This document shows positions 38,601-52,125 of a DNA stretch of 64,000 bases, one piece after another; position 1 is the first letter of the stretch; every line of letters starts with the position of its first letter. Under the pieces are notes generated by a model, which had not been told where the DNA came from, did no database searches, and was given only the letters and a program-made list of their open reading frames with translations. The stretch comes from Trichoplax sp. H2 (Eukaryota), in NCBI GenBank assembly GCA_003344405.1, contig NOWV01000148.1, positions 62,001 through 126,000 of the forward strand, read 5' to 3'. The translations under genes were made by a program, and so were the position numbers.

Positions 38601-41600
38601 ACAGTAAATATTTGATCAAAGGCTCTATATTTAAATCATCATATTTGATTTTGTAAAATTTTATTTTACTTTGTAGAATATAGATATGCTCGTTCATGAA
38701 TGAGAAATTAATCTCATTCTATTTTATCTTGCGATACTAAAAATAATTCATACCCTTATATTTTACTTTAGCCTATCATTAAATCAATTTAACAGCATTT
38801 TGCTACGGCTTTATAGTCTGACGGAAGTAATGCTACTGCGACTACCATATTAGCAGTTTCAGCGCTGCAAAATCGGTATGAATTCGTAGTAGGATCTTAA
38901 AATTTTAAGAAAAAAAGGAAAAATAGCTAAATATATTAAGTAAATTTACACATTTTCTATTTTGGTAAAATTATAAGTTTAAATATAATAATTAATTGCA
39001 GTCTAATATTTACCTAGTCACAACTTTCAAAGCAAAAAATATCAAAATAGCATCGTTAACAGAAGGTAGTCATAACTGAACTAGAAGAAGTAAAGATTAG
39101 AAAGTTATTAAAGTTTGTTCGAAAACAGATATTTTACGACCGCATATGATTTATAGCTATCGTTAATAAAAATTGATATTGCAGCTCAATGTTCAAACGC
39201 TTAAGATCATAAATTAGAAAAATTAATGAAAACGTTGTTCATATTGATTTATAAATTAATATTAATTGGACATAAATTATCAACTCATAGAATATTTTAT
39301 GACTATAAAGCGTACATCAAAGCGAAAATTTTTTTCTTAACTTATGTATATTTTGAATGTTACTGCACAATTGGTCCTGAGAATTGGCAATCCCATCAAA
39401 GACTAAACCACGTTATATTACTAGAAGATAATAAACTATTATAAACTATATTTTTTCTGTTATATGAAGACAATTGTGATATCGAATGACTTTCCAAAGC
39501 CTATTACGAATGGATTCACACTAAATTAATTTTAATCTTTAGTTCTGTTGTTTTCCAACAGGATCATCGCCATTAGAGCTGCATTCGGTCTCTGCATCTC
39601 TCACCTTAAGTCTCAGCTATTAATGTGTATATCAATTTTTATTTAAAATTTTTATTTATATTTAAAACCCACTTTTGATTTATCTTCTTGAATTATAATT
39701 ATTAATAACTCTTTCAGTAACAATAACTCCTGTTGATGTTATTAATCCAAAAATCCTATTTATATTTACCTAACGAAACCTTTCTACAAGAAGAAAGGAC
39801 ATGATTACCTTCCAGCTGCCAATTCATCTTATAAATAATAGCAAAAATGATTTAAATTGATCTGCCATTATTTGCTAAGCTATTCTAGGCTAGTTCAAAG
39901 TAGTTGCAGCTAAACTCTGATTATATGTAATTAGTCGTACTAAATAGGCACTGAACGTCAATGTAGTAGTTCTGTATGATATTTTCATTCAAGAATTCGG
40001 CCAAAATATAGCTAAGAATTTCCATGGTAATATAATTCCGATTTTCAGCGAAGAAAATTATTGAATTAAAATAGTATGACATTTTAAAATGAGCGTTTAC
40101 ATTTTAGGACGACAAAAATAATGTTCGTTTAACATTATCAGAGGGTTAAGGCGTTCCCTATTAAGTAATTGACAGATCTTCTAAAGGAAATTCTATATTT
40201 ATAAATCAGCTAGTTCCATTACCATTTCGAGCCATTAGTATCATTTGCATTATAATAGAAAGAATAATAGCGATAAAATCACTGATGTTAATCTGACGTC
40301 AATCTCACTCAATAGAACGCTAAATCAAAAACTGCTTAGAATTGACAGCGAATTAATACCAGAAACTAATGGAATCCATAAAGTTGACGATATTAGAGAA
40401 TACAGAAGTAATTCGCTGAACTGTATTCCAAATTGGAACCAGAAGAACTTTATAAAATCTCAAAAGTTAGGAAGCAAATAAATTAATGCTCTATTCGATA
40501 ACATACAGTATTATCGTTGACTATAATTAAATTTGCAATATCATCAAATCGTCAAGTGTAAGAGAGGAAAATTTTACATTGCTTTTATCTATCATAGTTA
40601 AAATGATTGATAAGCAATAAATAAGAAAAGAGATCTCCAGAATGCTATGCTAACTGTATTGTCTTAGCTATTCTTTCAATAATCATAATGGTTAAGTTTG
40701 CATTGAATTTATTCGTAGAATGAAATTGTATTTTAATTTATTCCTGAGAAGAGACCAAAACTGTATCAGTACCGTGAAAGATATTAAATAATTTAGGAAA
40801 ATTATTATTGCCTTAATTAGGCTATAAATGTTTATAAGTCCTTCTTAGTTTCAGTTATAGGAGCAAACATAAGAAGATGAGATATATTTAAAATTTAATT
40901 TTAAAGGAGGAAATCAATTGTAATTGATTGAGGCTAACAACGATTGATAGCCTAAATCTATTTTATATATCATCCCAGTTTAATTATTCAAGATAATATA
41001 ATATAAAATTTAAAATGGGAAATTGGCTTACAGGAAGTGTTAAGAAATTAGAGGTGGCAGCTATTATTAATTATTACTCCTGCCTCTGGGGTTTCAAACA
41101 TGAACTTGTGATTACGTGATTAATTATTTGATAAAAATGGATGGCTAAATGTTAATGCAAATCACAAAGTAGTTAGTATGTTACAGATCTGCTAATTAAT
41201 CTGTAATTACCTCTCAAACCAGTTACAGTAGCATTACATTAGCTGAACAACATAAACCTAGAAGGCGTGTTCATATTATAATTTTCAACAGATAATCTGA
41301 TATTAGGCATCGAAGTAAACTACCATATTTAATCATCAATTTTTACACAATATCATAGCAAAGCAATACATGATATAAATATCGTTTGATACTTGCCCAG
41401 TGCCCACCCAATGAACTTAAATCATGCATTCGAAACTGAAAGAAGGCCTAGAATGCTCAATAAGACAGTAATTGTGGGTAAATATATAGTGGCTATATTT
41501 TTTAGTTCGCTGCACCTTAAATCGATACTGCAACAACTTAATCCACAAAGATTACATTCAAAACTGTATAGCTAATTAATTTACCTATACACCTAAATTT

Positions 41601-42551
41601 CTTATCAATGTTTATGTTATCTATACTTACTAAATCTATATTCAAGGTAAATCTAAACATACTTTTGAAGGAATCTTTAATTCTACTCCGTAGGCAATAC
41701 AGCTACCAATTTATTAATAAATATCGATATAGATACAAATTCCATAATATAGAAAATCATATTGATATGTCAGCTATGGACTATCTGGTATCCAATTATG
41801 AACCTATGTTGCTATGATCATGTTCTTGCCATAAGTGGACATAATTTAGTTCATTCATTCAGAGGAAAGTACGTCTGCTGCCTATTTTCTATATCTGTTT
41901 ACCAGGGAAACTGATTATTACAAGCCATTATTTTTTTCCAAATTTAATTTATTAATTACTTCATTACTTTACAGTATATGAAAGCATTATCTAATAATAA
42001 CAGATTTTAAATATAACAATTTCACAATTAATTGCCTTATCAAGATACCAACTCTGATTTAATAAGCAATAAAAATTTACTGTCCTTTTTGATAGGGCTA
42101 ACTGCCTTTCTAACCATTCAATTATTTTGATTTAATCGCATGGGCGTATACAACTAACAATAGTCCAACTTATATCGCTTATAATATAATCTGAACATAT
42201 TTAAATAGATTCTCATAACTAAATTACATGAATTAAAATTTAACACAATATCTAAAAGCAAGTTTCCGTAATTAATATATGAGAAAAAAACTTCATCAAC
42301 AATGTGCCATTATATTAGCAATGGCTGTTTCCAAAGAGTTACATTTCCGTAAATACTTCATTTTTGAAAAACAGTAATCTCTAATAACAGAAATTTCTAT
42401 TTTATAGACTATACCTTTCATTTGCCACTATTCTAATTTTCTTAACGAAAATATTTACGGATCAAATTTTCAAATTCGAATTGATTTGGAGATTCCCTTC
42501 ACGAAATTGGAAATTTCAATACTGCGAATTTCATATAATACAAGTATCGAG

Positions 42552-43676
42552 ATGGAAAATTGCATTTCTGCAAATTGTTCAAATCATAGCACACTCCAAC
42601 CAGCAAATGTTTCGTCACGAGATGAAATTTATAAGATTTTCAATATCCTTTATGCTATTATTTCAGCCTTAGGCATGACAGGTAACGTTCTTGTATGCTG
42701 TATTGTTACTAAAACTAGGACCTGTCAATTTCAATCCACCGAAATGTTTATACTGAGCTTGGGAGTTACTGACATGCTTGCTAATCTGGTCGTTATCTTT
42801 TTGCCGGATTTAATAATACCGAATAGTTTATATCCGTATCCTATAAAACATCTTGCATTTTTTTGCCCATTTATTGGTTCTCAATACCTTTTATTTTATT
42901 TTGGATTTACATCCCTTTATACGATGATGGCAATAAGTTTTGAACGCTGGTGTGCTATTGCTTTTCCTTCTCGATATCGGTCTATATTCAAAGCTACCAA
43001 CGTCAAAATTATAGTGGCTTGCATCTGGATATTAGGTTTGCTATTGCCAATTGACAATTTACTTAGATATGTGGAGAATAAAAACGGAAGTACACCATGC
43101 CATTTTATCTTGCTAAGTAATGATCAATCTTTGGATTTAGCAGTTTACTTAACATTGGAAATTACTCGGGTATTTTTACCAGCTGCAATAATTATTCTTA
43201 TTTATTGTGATTGTGCCAGGCGTATTTGGTCTACAACAGTTCTTCGTCAGTCGAGCATAAGATCAAACAGGGACGTAAAAATTCGCAAAAGAGTAACATT
43301 AATGGTGTGTACATCCGCCATCGTATTCTTAATGTGTTGGCTACCAAATGAAATCTACTTCACTTTAATCAATTTTGGTTTGGCAAGATTAGAATCCGTT
43401 GGACATCGATCAGCAAAGACGTTGATAATTTTAAATTCATGTCTTAATCCATTTATCTACTTTGCTACAAATTCCAAATACCGATTGGCTATCAGGCAGG
43501 CGTTTACGTGTAAAAAAGGGGTTGCCTCTTCTCCTACTTCTTTAATAGAAGTGGAATGCAAAGCAGTAACTATCATCAGGTGTAGCCAAAATTCGCCTAA
43601 ACCAGTAAAGATAACTTCAGTTACAAAGATCAAAACGGACATCGAGCTTCATCTAGCCGATGTTTGTGAATCGTAA
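42552..43676 (+). CDS. Class A GPCR, single exon, orphan; paralogue 2
   Basis: 7TM; GN, LGVTD, ERW, CWLP, NPFIY. First in-frame ATG at 42552 (the track starts at TTG 42486), followed by NCS/NHS/NVS sequons. Confidence 0.95.
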   Translation: MENCISANCSNHSTLQPANVSSRDEIYKIFNILYAIISALGMTGNVLVCCIVTKTRTCQFQSTEMFILSLGVTDMLANLVVIFLPDLIIPNSLYPYPIKHLAFFCPFIGSQYLLFYFGFTSLYTMMAISFERWCAIAFPSRYRSIFKATNVKIIVACIWILGLLLPIDNLLRYVENKNGSTPCHFILLSNDQSLDLAVYLTLEITRVFLPAAIIILIYCDCARRIWSTTVLRQSSIRSNRDVKIRKRVTLMVCTSAIVFLMCWLPNEIYFTLINFGLARLESVGHRSAKTLIILNSCLNPFIYFATNSKYRLAIRQAFTCKKGVASSPTSLIEVECKAVTIIRCSQNSPKPVKITSVTKIKTDIELHLADVCES

Positions 43677-46600
43677 ATATCTGTCATATACAGCAGCAAT
43701 TTCATCCGAAGTAATGAACTATCACGCTAAAAGTAATCAGAAATAGAATTATTTTCTTAATTAGCATTACAAAGTTATAGCTATTTTTAATCTCCCTGTG
43801 TAAGTTAAAAACTTAGCCTAAGCCATTGCACCTTCATTCTATCAGTAATATTATAAAATGTCATGAATGAATGATACCGCATACAGTAAATGAATTATTA
43901 TCGATAATTTTTAATGTTTAAATCTTAGCTGCCATTTCACTCGTACGAATCGACTATATAAGAAAAGTTAAACTATCTTCGACAATTATTCGGAGTATAG
44001 ATATTAAAATTTCAGACCTAGTCAATGAATATTTAAACTATTTATAACTTCCAATTCTTTTTCGCTAGTAGGGTAATCTTATAAAAACGTCCAATTCAAG
44101 CGTATGGGATCTTGAAAAGTTAATCTAATTTTCATTATAATCCAATATTTTGCCATCATAGGATTGAATTTTGATTGTAATAGTCAACTTGAATTTTTTT
44201 CATTTCGACTTTATGGTTTTCTAAGCGATCCATAACATTGAATCACAGCATCATAGCAGTATACTTGGAATTTCATCCTCCTTTCTAATATAATATGTCG
44301 AGAATAATGCGATAAATTAATGACCATAAGCATTTCTCGATATTTATATTACCTTCTAATTTTATTCCAAAATATGGCTATAAATATAGATTTTATAAGA
44401 TTATTTAATGACCTGTACAAGTTCATGTTAATAGAGAGAAAAATAAGAATGAAAAGGATCCATAAAGTATATACATCTTATCTTATATCGAGATTATTTC
44501 TGTCATGTGCATTATAGAATATATTCTAATTTAATGGCTCAGAAATTAAAAAAAAGGAGATAAATAGATTTCATTGTTTTTACCGCTTTTGCGTACTCTA
44601 TTATTTACGCTATAAAATGTTCTGTATTACCTATCCAAAATAGCTACGCAGTAAAATTCTGAATATTTAATTACAGCTATAAATTAACGGTTAACAATAT
44701 TTTGGATAAATAAACAAATAATCTGTTAATTACCCCCAAATTCCCTTAAGCTTGAATGGGAGAAGTTTACCTTAATTACAGTCCACGAGCAAATTATGCT
44801 GTATCGAAATATTTAAGATCTCATGCATAGTGATCCAAAAATATTTTTTACTGGTAAAATAATCTCTTGCCATTTTTATTACAAATAAGGAATGCTACAG
44901 TACACATAGAAGCATAATGGCTTATGGTTTGTGCATTTTTTGCTGCAATCATTTCTTGCATTATTTATTTTAGATTTAATTGACTTTATACATTTATAGT
45001 AAAACGGCGATTGTTATGTTCTTCAATAATAAGTTCACTCCGTGAGTAAGATTGATAACTGCATTTTATTATTAGTTGATCGGTATTTATAGCCACACGA
45101 GGTTGCACCTCGATACGATTACAGTTTATACTTCGCTCTACAATTAGAAACTTATCAGTCCGCCTTTTTGCAATGTTATCACCTACTGTATTACAATTAC
45201 TACCGTACAATCATCACATACGTACATATATAGTGTTTCCTTTATTTATGCCTTTATGGTTAAGATATCGTATTTAATCTATTACTAACTATATATACAA
45301 CAGCGATACTTAGAGCAAATTTCATATTGCACAGCACGAATGATAGCATTGCTTATTTTTTCCAAATAATAGCATCTACCGGAAATACTATTAGAATCTT
45401 GTAAAAAAATATCGATATAAGCTACGTGCACAATAAATCTGGGTCTAATTTCTTTAGTATGAACTATTAATCGCGGCACCGTAGAAGCAAAAATGTACCA
45501 TAAATTAAAATTAATTGTATTAGATAATTTCTAATAGCTGCTACTATTTCTTGCAATTAACTGTGAAAATAAAAATACTATTAACTGAATGAACTTAATG
45601 CAACCGACAATCAAAAGCAACTAATACGATAGAAGTTTCATTCTTAAAATTACCCTGTAAATGAATTAAGCGATATTTAAATAAATACTACCTCATGAAG
45701 TTGTAAAAGCGATAAGTGAATGATTATTTGGATATGTTGCCTTCCGTTAAAATAAATAATGAGAAAAGCTTGCTAAATGAATTCATACCATCGAGGTTAG
45801 CATGATTCGGATTCTGGAGTGAACAATGCAAATATATATGGATTCTAGGTAAAGGTATTTTAAATTTATTTCTGATTATGGCTTAGCTATGACTTGCAAC
45901 ACGATTTTTTAAATTATTTGGGAGTTAGAAAAATATTTCTTGCGAAGCAAATGATCATGCAAAGCCGGCAGCAGTTATAATTATCAATTGATTCCTCAGT
46001 TGTTCACTAGCAAAGCATCTACCATAGTCTGTTACATATAGAATTACTAAGACATCGTTAGCTAAACAAAAAATAGAAATATTAAGTTATTTAGCACTCA
46101 ATCAAATACTGTATTAAAGATGCTACAGTTCGTATTTTGACTTCAGCAAGAGAATATCCTGTGTTATTTTGCCATTGGTATTTGATGTAGTGCAATACAA
46201 TTTATATTGATCTGTTAATTGTTACCTAGTATTTATAAATAGTAGTAAGAGCTTAAACATTAGTTTAATGATTCAAATCACGCCGATTTTCTCAACAGTA
46301 TATCTAAATGACACAGACAAGTTATTCAAATGCCAAAGTTGTGGCAAACATCAGATCTGTTTTGTTTTCAACGTCATTGAAGTTAAATACGGCAGGTTTA
46401 TGCTGACGTCCTGATACTGTTTATTGCAAAATTTCTCTGCTAAAGTAAAGCTATTTCTTCAACTTAAATATGATAAAAGCAAATTCTCAATATGGCCTGT
46501 ATATGATCGCCTTAAAATACAATACATATTAGCTGGCGGAAAACTTTTCCCGGAATTAGTACCCATAAATTATGAATTCAAAATCATATTACTTGCTGAT

Positions 46601-47298
46601 AGATATTAGATTTCATTAATTTTATTTCTCAGATCGATTTCCAAGATTACTTCTCTTTAATTATGCTAATATTTATGCATTAGCTTTATCTAATCCAGTA
46701 ATCATATATAAAGTAAAGATCAGCAACAACAGTTTACTGATACCTAAATAACGCTAGTCTAATAATTTTTAGACAATGTCTTTACTGAACTAAGAAAGAT
46801 CTATAAGATAAATAACTAAACACTATCGAGCTACTTCGTGAATGCGAAATAAATGGTAACGTGCTTTATAACATAGGAATATTAGAACGAAAATAAATTA
46901 GTGTTTAGATAGATTGATACCAGCCCTTAATTATTATTATTAAGAATTCACCTAGCACAGAATGTATGAGCATCTTACTATCTTGTTGAATTGTAATTAT
47001 TTCTTAGAAGTACATGCATCCTTCCGGCAATAATGCACAATGCCCACTGTGCATGGCTTAATAAAATAATTTAATTAGATAACTTAGGGTAATTTTCAAA
47101 AGTAAAATTTAAAAATTATCGGTCAATAATTAATTAATCATATCGCTTTAAATAATTTCGCTCATGAAAGTTATTAGATCAAACCATGAAGTAAAGTCTA
47201 AATAACTAATATGTGCCATGCAGTAGAATAAAATTTAAAATATTTCAGTTATGGTTTTTATGTACCGTTTTCCTGCATTACGTTAAATACATAGTCAC

Positions 47299-47714
47299 TG
47301 TGAGGTTGATAGATCAAGAATCTTCAAAGTTTTAGAAAATTAAGATTTATTGAACAAAACCTCGTTTACGAAGGTATAACGTAATCGATTAGCTGAGGAC
47401 CTCTATCGAGAAAGAACTCCCTTACTATACTAAACTACTCGCTTATATACTTTTCCACGTTTACAGTCTTAGCACCTTTACTTACTACACACTTCAGTAT
47501 TAGCATCTTAAATACAGGCTAGTTTACACCTTTCACGTGAAGCTCTAGTGTGAGCACTGTAGCACTCCTCTTCAAAAGGATTACAGTTACTAAGCTAGCT
47601 ATATTTAATACTTAAGCTTCTAGCGAGAATATCAATCCCATGCTGAACACAGCCTTACGGTAGACATTACTAAATATATCATCAACTTAAAATACAATAT
47701 TACACTGTCTTACA
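47299..47714 (-). mobile_element. Solo LTR, family C
   Basis: TGTGAG...CTTACA; perfect TSD GTCAC; matches 60034-60445. - strand GTATATAAG at 47442-47450 and AATAAA at 47346-47351. Confidence 0.92.
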
Positions 47715-49782
47715 GTCACCACTAAATCAGAGATCAAGTTAATTTCTTCTTTGTTTGGAAAAAAATTGAGGAGAAACTGATTATAAGATATCCAAATGCA
47801 AAATTTTTATCCTAGATCTCTGTTTTGGAACTTATCGTGATACCGTATGAATTACTATGCTATGATGTAAAAAATTAACGCCCGATAATAAGTCGTAGTA
47901 TTATCACAGCATATGTTTATATATCTTCTTTCTGAGAGCTCAAATTACGCCAGCGGATCATAATAATTCGTAAATTTTCAAAAATGATAAAATTTATCTG
48001 CTTGGAAAATAAATTTGTATAAAATCGACTAGCTATTAACTAGACATAGCCATAACCTCGTATACTGTAACCATTATTTATTAATAAGTTAAAAATTGAA
48101 ATTTGTTTTCCAAAAATCCATTTTAATAGCGAAGATGAAGCGAAGCAACTTTAAGAAAGTATTTATAATCCAATAAAGGAGAGCTATGTTCAATCGTAAT
48201 ACGAGCATGGAGATATATTAATCGGCAGAATTTTACTAAACATATATTGAGTATTCGATGGTACTGAGAAGAAATTTTGTACCAGATACTCAAAAGGCAA
48301 ATGGAATTAAATTTATTATGGAAAATGTCTAATAATTTAATTTGTCATTTGTAAGATTTAATTTAATTCAATTTAGATTTATTTTATCATTAGATGATTC
48401 GTAAAAATTAGGATGGCGTCCAATCAAATTTTCTTCAAATGATTCCGAAGAGTGGAGATGCTGTAGTCACAGTAGATTTTCGTGCTGCGTATGATCTTAC
48501 GTCAGTCTTTGGTAAATAAATCTTGATCTGATGATTTAAATCAGTCCTGGTATCAGCCAATTTATTAAATATGAAGATTTACCGTATATTTACATATCCT
48601 TGGATATCAGGCAGCGCTACGCATATAGTTATGTAAATTAATATCAAAATCATAATATCCATTCTATAATATCGGACATAAAAAAATTAAAGGTAAAATA
48701 GCATGAAGAATAAAAATATTGCATATGCGACATCTTACTGGATTATTATTAGACCTAGTGAATCATATGTTTTCTGTTCAATTTTAAAACAGTGGTAATG
48801 TAAAGAAATGGCTGTTGCGGTTTATCCTATATTTTAGTATTTCAACCTCTATCTTGCGATTTGATTTGATGTCGATATCAGTTAAAAGAAAGAAGCTTTA
48901 AACAAAACAAGCTTGAACCATCAGTAAGAAATCGACTCGTTGTTATTTAGTGGCCTATCTGGGCAGATTGGTTAGGATGCTTTTGTGCTATAAAACATTT
49001 CGAAAATACTGATTTAAAATATATTCGATAACTCTTGATTTTGTAAGCTCCTTATTAAACTATTCTCCTCCATTTGTAGGAAAATGATATTAGTTAATTA
49101 AGCATAAGTATATTAAGAGATTCTATCTCGAAATAGTAAAACGATTTACTGAACAATAAGCAATGTATCATAGTTTTCGGGATCAACAAATATTTAGATC
49201 ATTAAAAATGCTCACAAGAGCTATAATAAAAATCTGAAAGAATATAAATATATTAAAGATGAACTGTTTATTACGATAAAAGAATGATCGGTGTAAAAGA
49301 TAAATATTAAAGTTACGCATCAAATGCATCACTTCGAAAAAAACTAAGGCCCATAATTAGATCCAATATTCACGATCGCAGAAACCCTAAGATAGCAAAT
49401 ATTAATTTTATTTTTAAGTTCCCTTTGTATATAGTTACAGATGCATTCGACCATCACTAGCTAGATTGACATTGGATTTCCATCTATTGTTTGTAAGAGC
49501 TGGTGTTTTGTTAATACTTTTTAAATTATTCTTACTATTAATTGTAATATGCTAACAAATTATAATTATCCAGAGATAATTCATCCTTAACAAGCGACTT
49601 GATAAAAGTTGGATGGAGATTGGGCAAAAGTAAGACTTTGAATATCTAGCAACTTGAATGTTCAAAAATTCTTAGAAATGACGGAAACATTTTTATAGCA
49701 TAATTTTATTCTTAGTCAGAGTGTTCTGGTATTAACTTACCCTTATGATAACTTTATAGTACAGCAGTAGCTAATATAAAAA

Positions 49783-49857
49783 GTATTCATAGTTGAAGTG
49801 CTAGGTAAGATAAGTAATGCATTGACGTGGATATTATTTGTGATAGTTTATTACATA
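49783..49857 (-). repeat. Inverted partial copy of the 216-bp tandem unit
   Basis: GTATTCATAGTTGAAGTGCTAGGTAAGATAAGTAATGCATTGA...TTATTACAT is a diverged reverse complement of about 51487-51560. Confidence 0.8.
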
Positions 49858-50037
49858 TTTGATATTGATCGTTATTATATGTAGATATTACTAAGATGAT
49901 TCAAGTTCTAGCTAATGATAGTTTAACTAGACAGCATAAATGCTGTGATTAAGATTAAGTATGAGCGAGAAATCAAAATACTCATTGATAGAAAAGCTTT
50001 ATATGGAACATATCATTTCGAGATGCCTCTCTTAGTG

Positions 50038-50267
50038 TGGCATAATAATAATACTTTTGATGTTTACAAGTTGGACAATACATATATAAACGGGAACATT
50101 CTGAGTTGAGTAGTGTGAGTAGTCACAGATGTATCTATGCTAACAAAAGTTTTATCTTTACGGAGTTTGTTGTGTGTGTTTAACGTTTGGCATTAGAGCA
50201 TTTATGTTAGTAGCTACCAATAGACTTTTACGTTTCATTTCCGTGTCGCAGAGTTTACATTATGACA
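50038..50267 (+). mobile_element. Possible short LTR, family G
   Basis: TGGCATAAT...ATTATGACA (8/9 inverted match), TATATAAA near 50083, and GTGTTTAACGT and TTTTACGTT motifs shared with families A/B. The TSD is poor (TAGTG/TATGG). Confidence 0.4.
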
Positions 50268-50365
50268 TATGGCTAGAATGATTTCGCAACTCAACATGAT
50301 CCTTAATTAAGTGTTAAACGAGTAAAGTGCCTGGTCAATAACGTTNNNNNNNNNNNNNNNNNNNN

Positions 50366-50630
50366 GATAATTCTATTAGACTATCCTTATTTAGTTAACT
50401 TCTAATTTGGATATACTGTATTTTAATATAGCACTGACTTTTTATGACAGTGACACTTATACACATACTGAAATTAATAGTTATAATAGGGAATGCAAAT
50501 CATCTGCTTACAGTTCGAATCATTGTGATTGTAATTTACTTATAGTAGACTGTAAATTATCATGGAAATGTTCCGTGATAGGACATATCGTAATCTGACT
50601 ATTCTGTATTAGTCATTATATGTCTACGTT
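50366..50630 (+). mobile_element. Partial family A LTR (5' part) next to an assembly gap
   Basis: Matches about 13933-14195. Bounded by the N run at 50346-50365 and fused at TTC to a second copy of 50099-50345 (50629-50875). Confidence 0.88.
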
Positions 50631-51349
50631 CTGAGTTGAGTAGTGCGAGTAGTCACAGATGTATCTATGCTAACAAAAGTTTTATCTTTACGGAGTTTGT
50701 TGTGTGTGTTTAACGTTTGGCATTAGAGCATTTATGTCAGTAGCTACCAATAGACTTTTACGTTTCATTTCCGTGTCGCAGAGTTTACATTATGACATAT
50801 GGCTAGAATGATTTCGCAACTCAACATGATCCTTAATTAATTGTTAAACGAGTAAAGTGCCTGGTCAATAACGTTTCTTTATTCTCCATCTTGATAATTG
50901 GATAGTATCATTATAATAGATTTAAACTGTGAATTGATACACACAGCCTACGGATATGTACAGTAATTGTACACCCACTGGTAGACTATTTAAAAATTTC
51001 AGTCAGTGAGCTTTGCGTTCATATTGTAATCGTCTTCTTTTCTAGCCACACGTTTCCGTATTCTTCATCTTGATAGATAGATGCAATAATTACAATAAAT
51101 TTATATAGATACTAGTAAACCGCTAAAAAATTTATGCTTAATTATAAATATACTCCCAACAGCTTCTCGGTTTAATATACTGTATACAAGTGGCAGTAGG
51201 CAGCCTCCTGATCCGTAAAGCTGTCAATACTGTACCATTATGCGCTATCAGTATAAATGTTGGTATTCTATCGTAGTTTACTATATAGCACAATAATACC
51301 GCATTCTGCGCGTGAAATACTGTTTTTGGATGCGGTGCTCGCACTATAG

Positions 51350-52125
51350 TATGACTAATAGAAACATAAGTCAATCACTTACTACGAGTTCGGCCTTCTC
51401 AGCCAATCAAATACCATCGTTTATGGACACACATGAGAAATTGGGACCCAATCTTTTCATCATATTGTATGGATATGGATATGAACATGTAATAAACTGT
51501 CACAAATAATATCTGCTTCAATGCATCACTTATCTTACCTAGCGCTACAAATACGAATACATATTGTATGAATAATAGAAAGATAAGCCAATCAGTTACT
51601 ATGAGTGTGGCCTTCTTTGTCAATCAGATAATATCGTTTGCAGACGCACATGAGAAATTAGGACCCAATCTTTTCAATATACTGTATTGTATGGATATGG
51701 ATATATAATAAAATGTTATAAATATTATCCTCGTCAATTCATTACTTATTTTACCTAGCACTAACAATATGAATACATATTGTATGCATAATAGAAATAT
51801 AAGTCAATCGGTTACTATGAGTACGGTCTTCTTAGCCGATCAGATACTATCGTTTGCGGACGCATATGAGAAATTAGGACCCAATCATTTTAATATACGG
51901 TATCATATGGATATGAATTCATAATTATCTGTCAAAAATAAAGTTCGCGTCAGTGCTTTACTTATTTTACCTAGTACTACAAATATGAATACATATTGTA
52001 TGAATAATAGAAACATAAGCCAATCACTTACTATAAGTACGGCCTTCTCGGCCAATCAGATGCTATCATTTGTGGACGCACATAAGAAATTAGAACTCAA
52101 TTTTTTTAATATATAGTATGAATGA
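51350..52125. repeat. Tandem array, 216-217-bp unit, about 3.6 copies, CCAAT-rich
   Basis: TATGAATAATAGAAA..TAAGCCAATCA-type unit starts at 51350, 51567, 51783 and 51999. Confidence 0.92.

Noticed and set aside
51350-52125. Array as a CRISPR locus or a 72-aa coding repeat
   Set aside because: Whole units are homologous with no unique spacers, there are no cas genes and the context is eukaryotic. The most open + frame has a TAA at the same position in successive units, and unit 1 is 217 bp.
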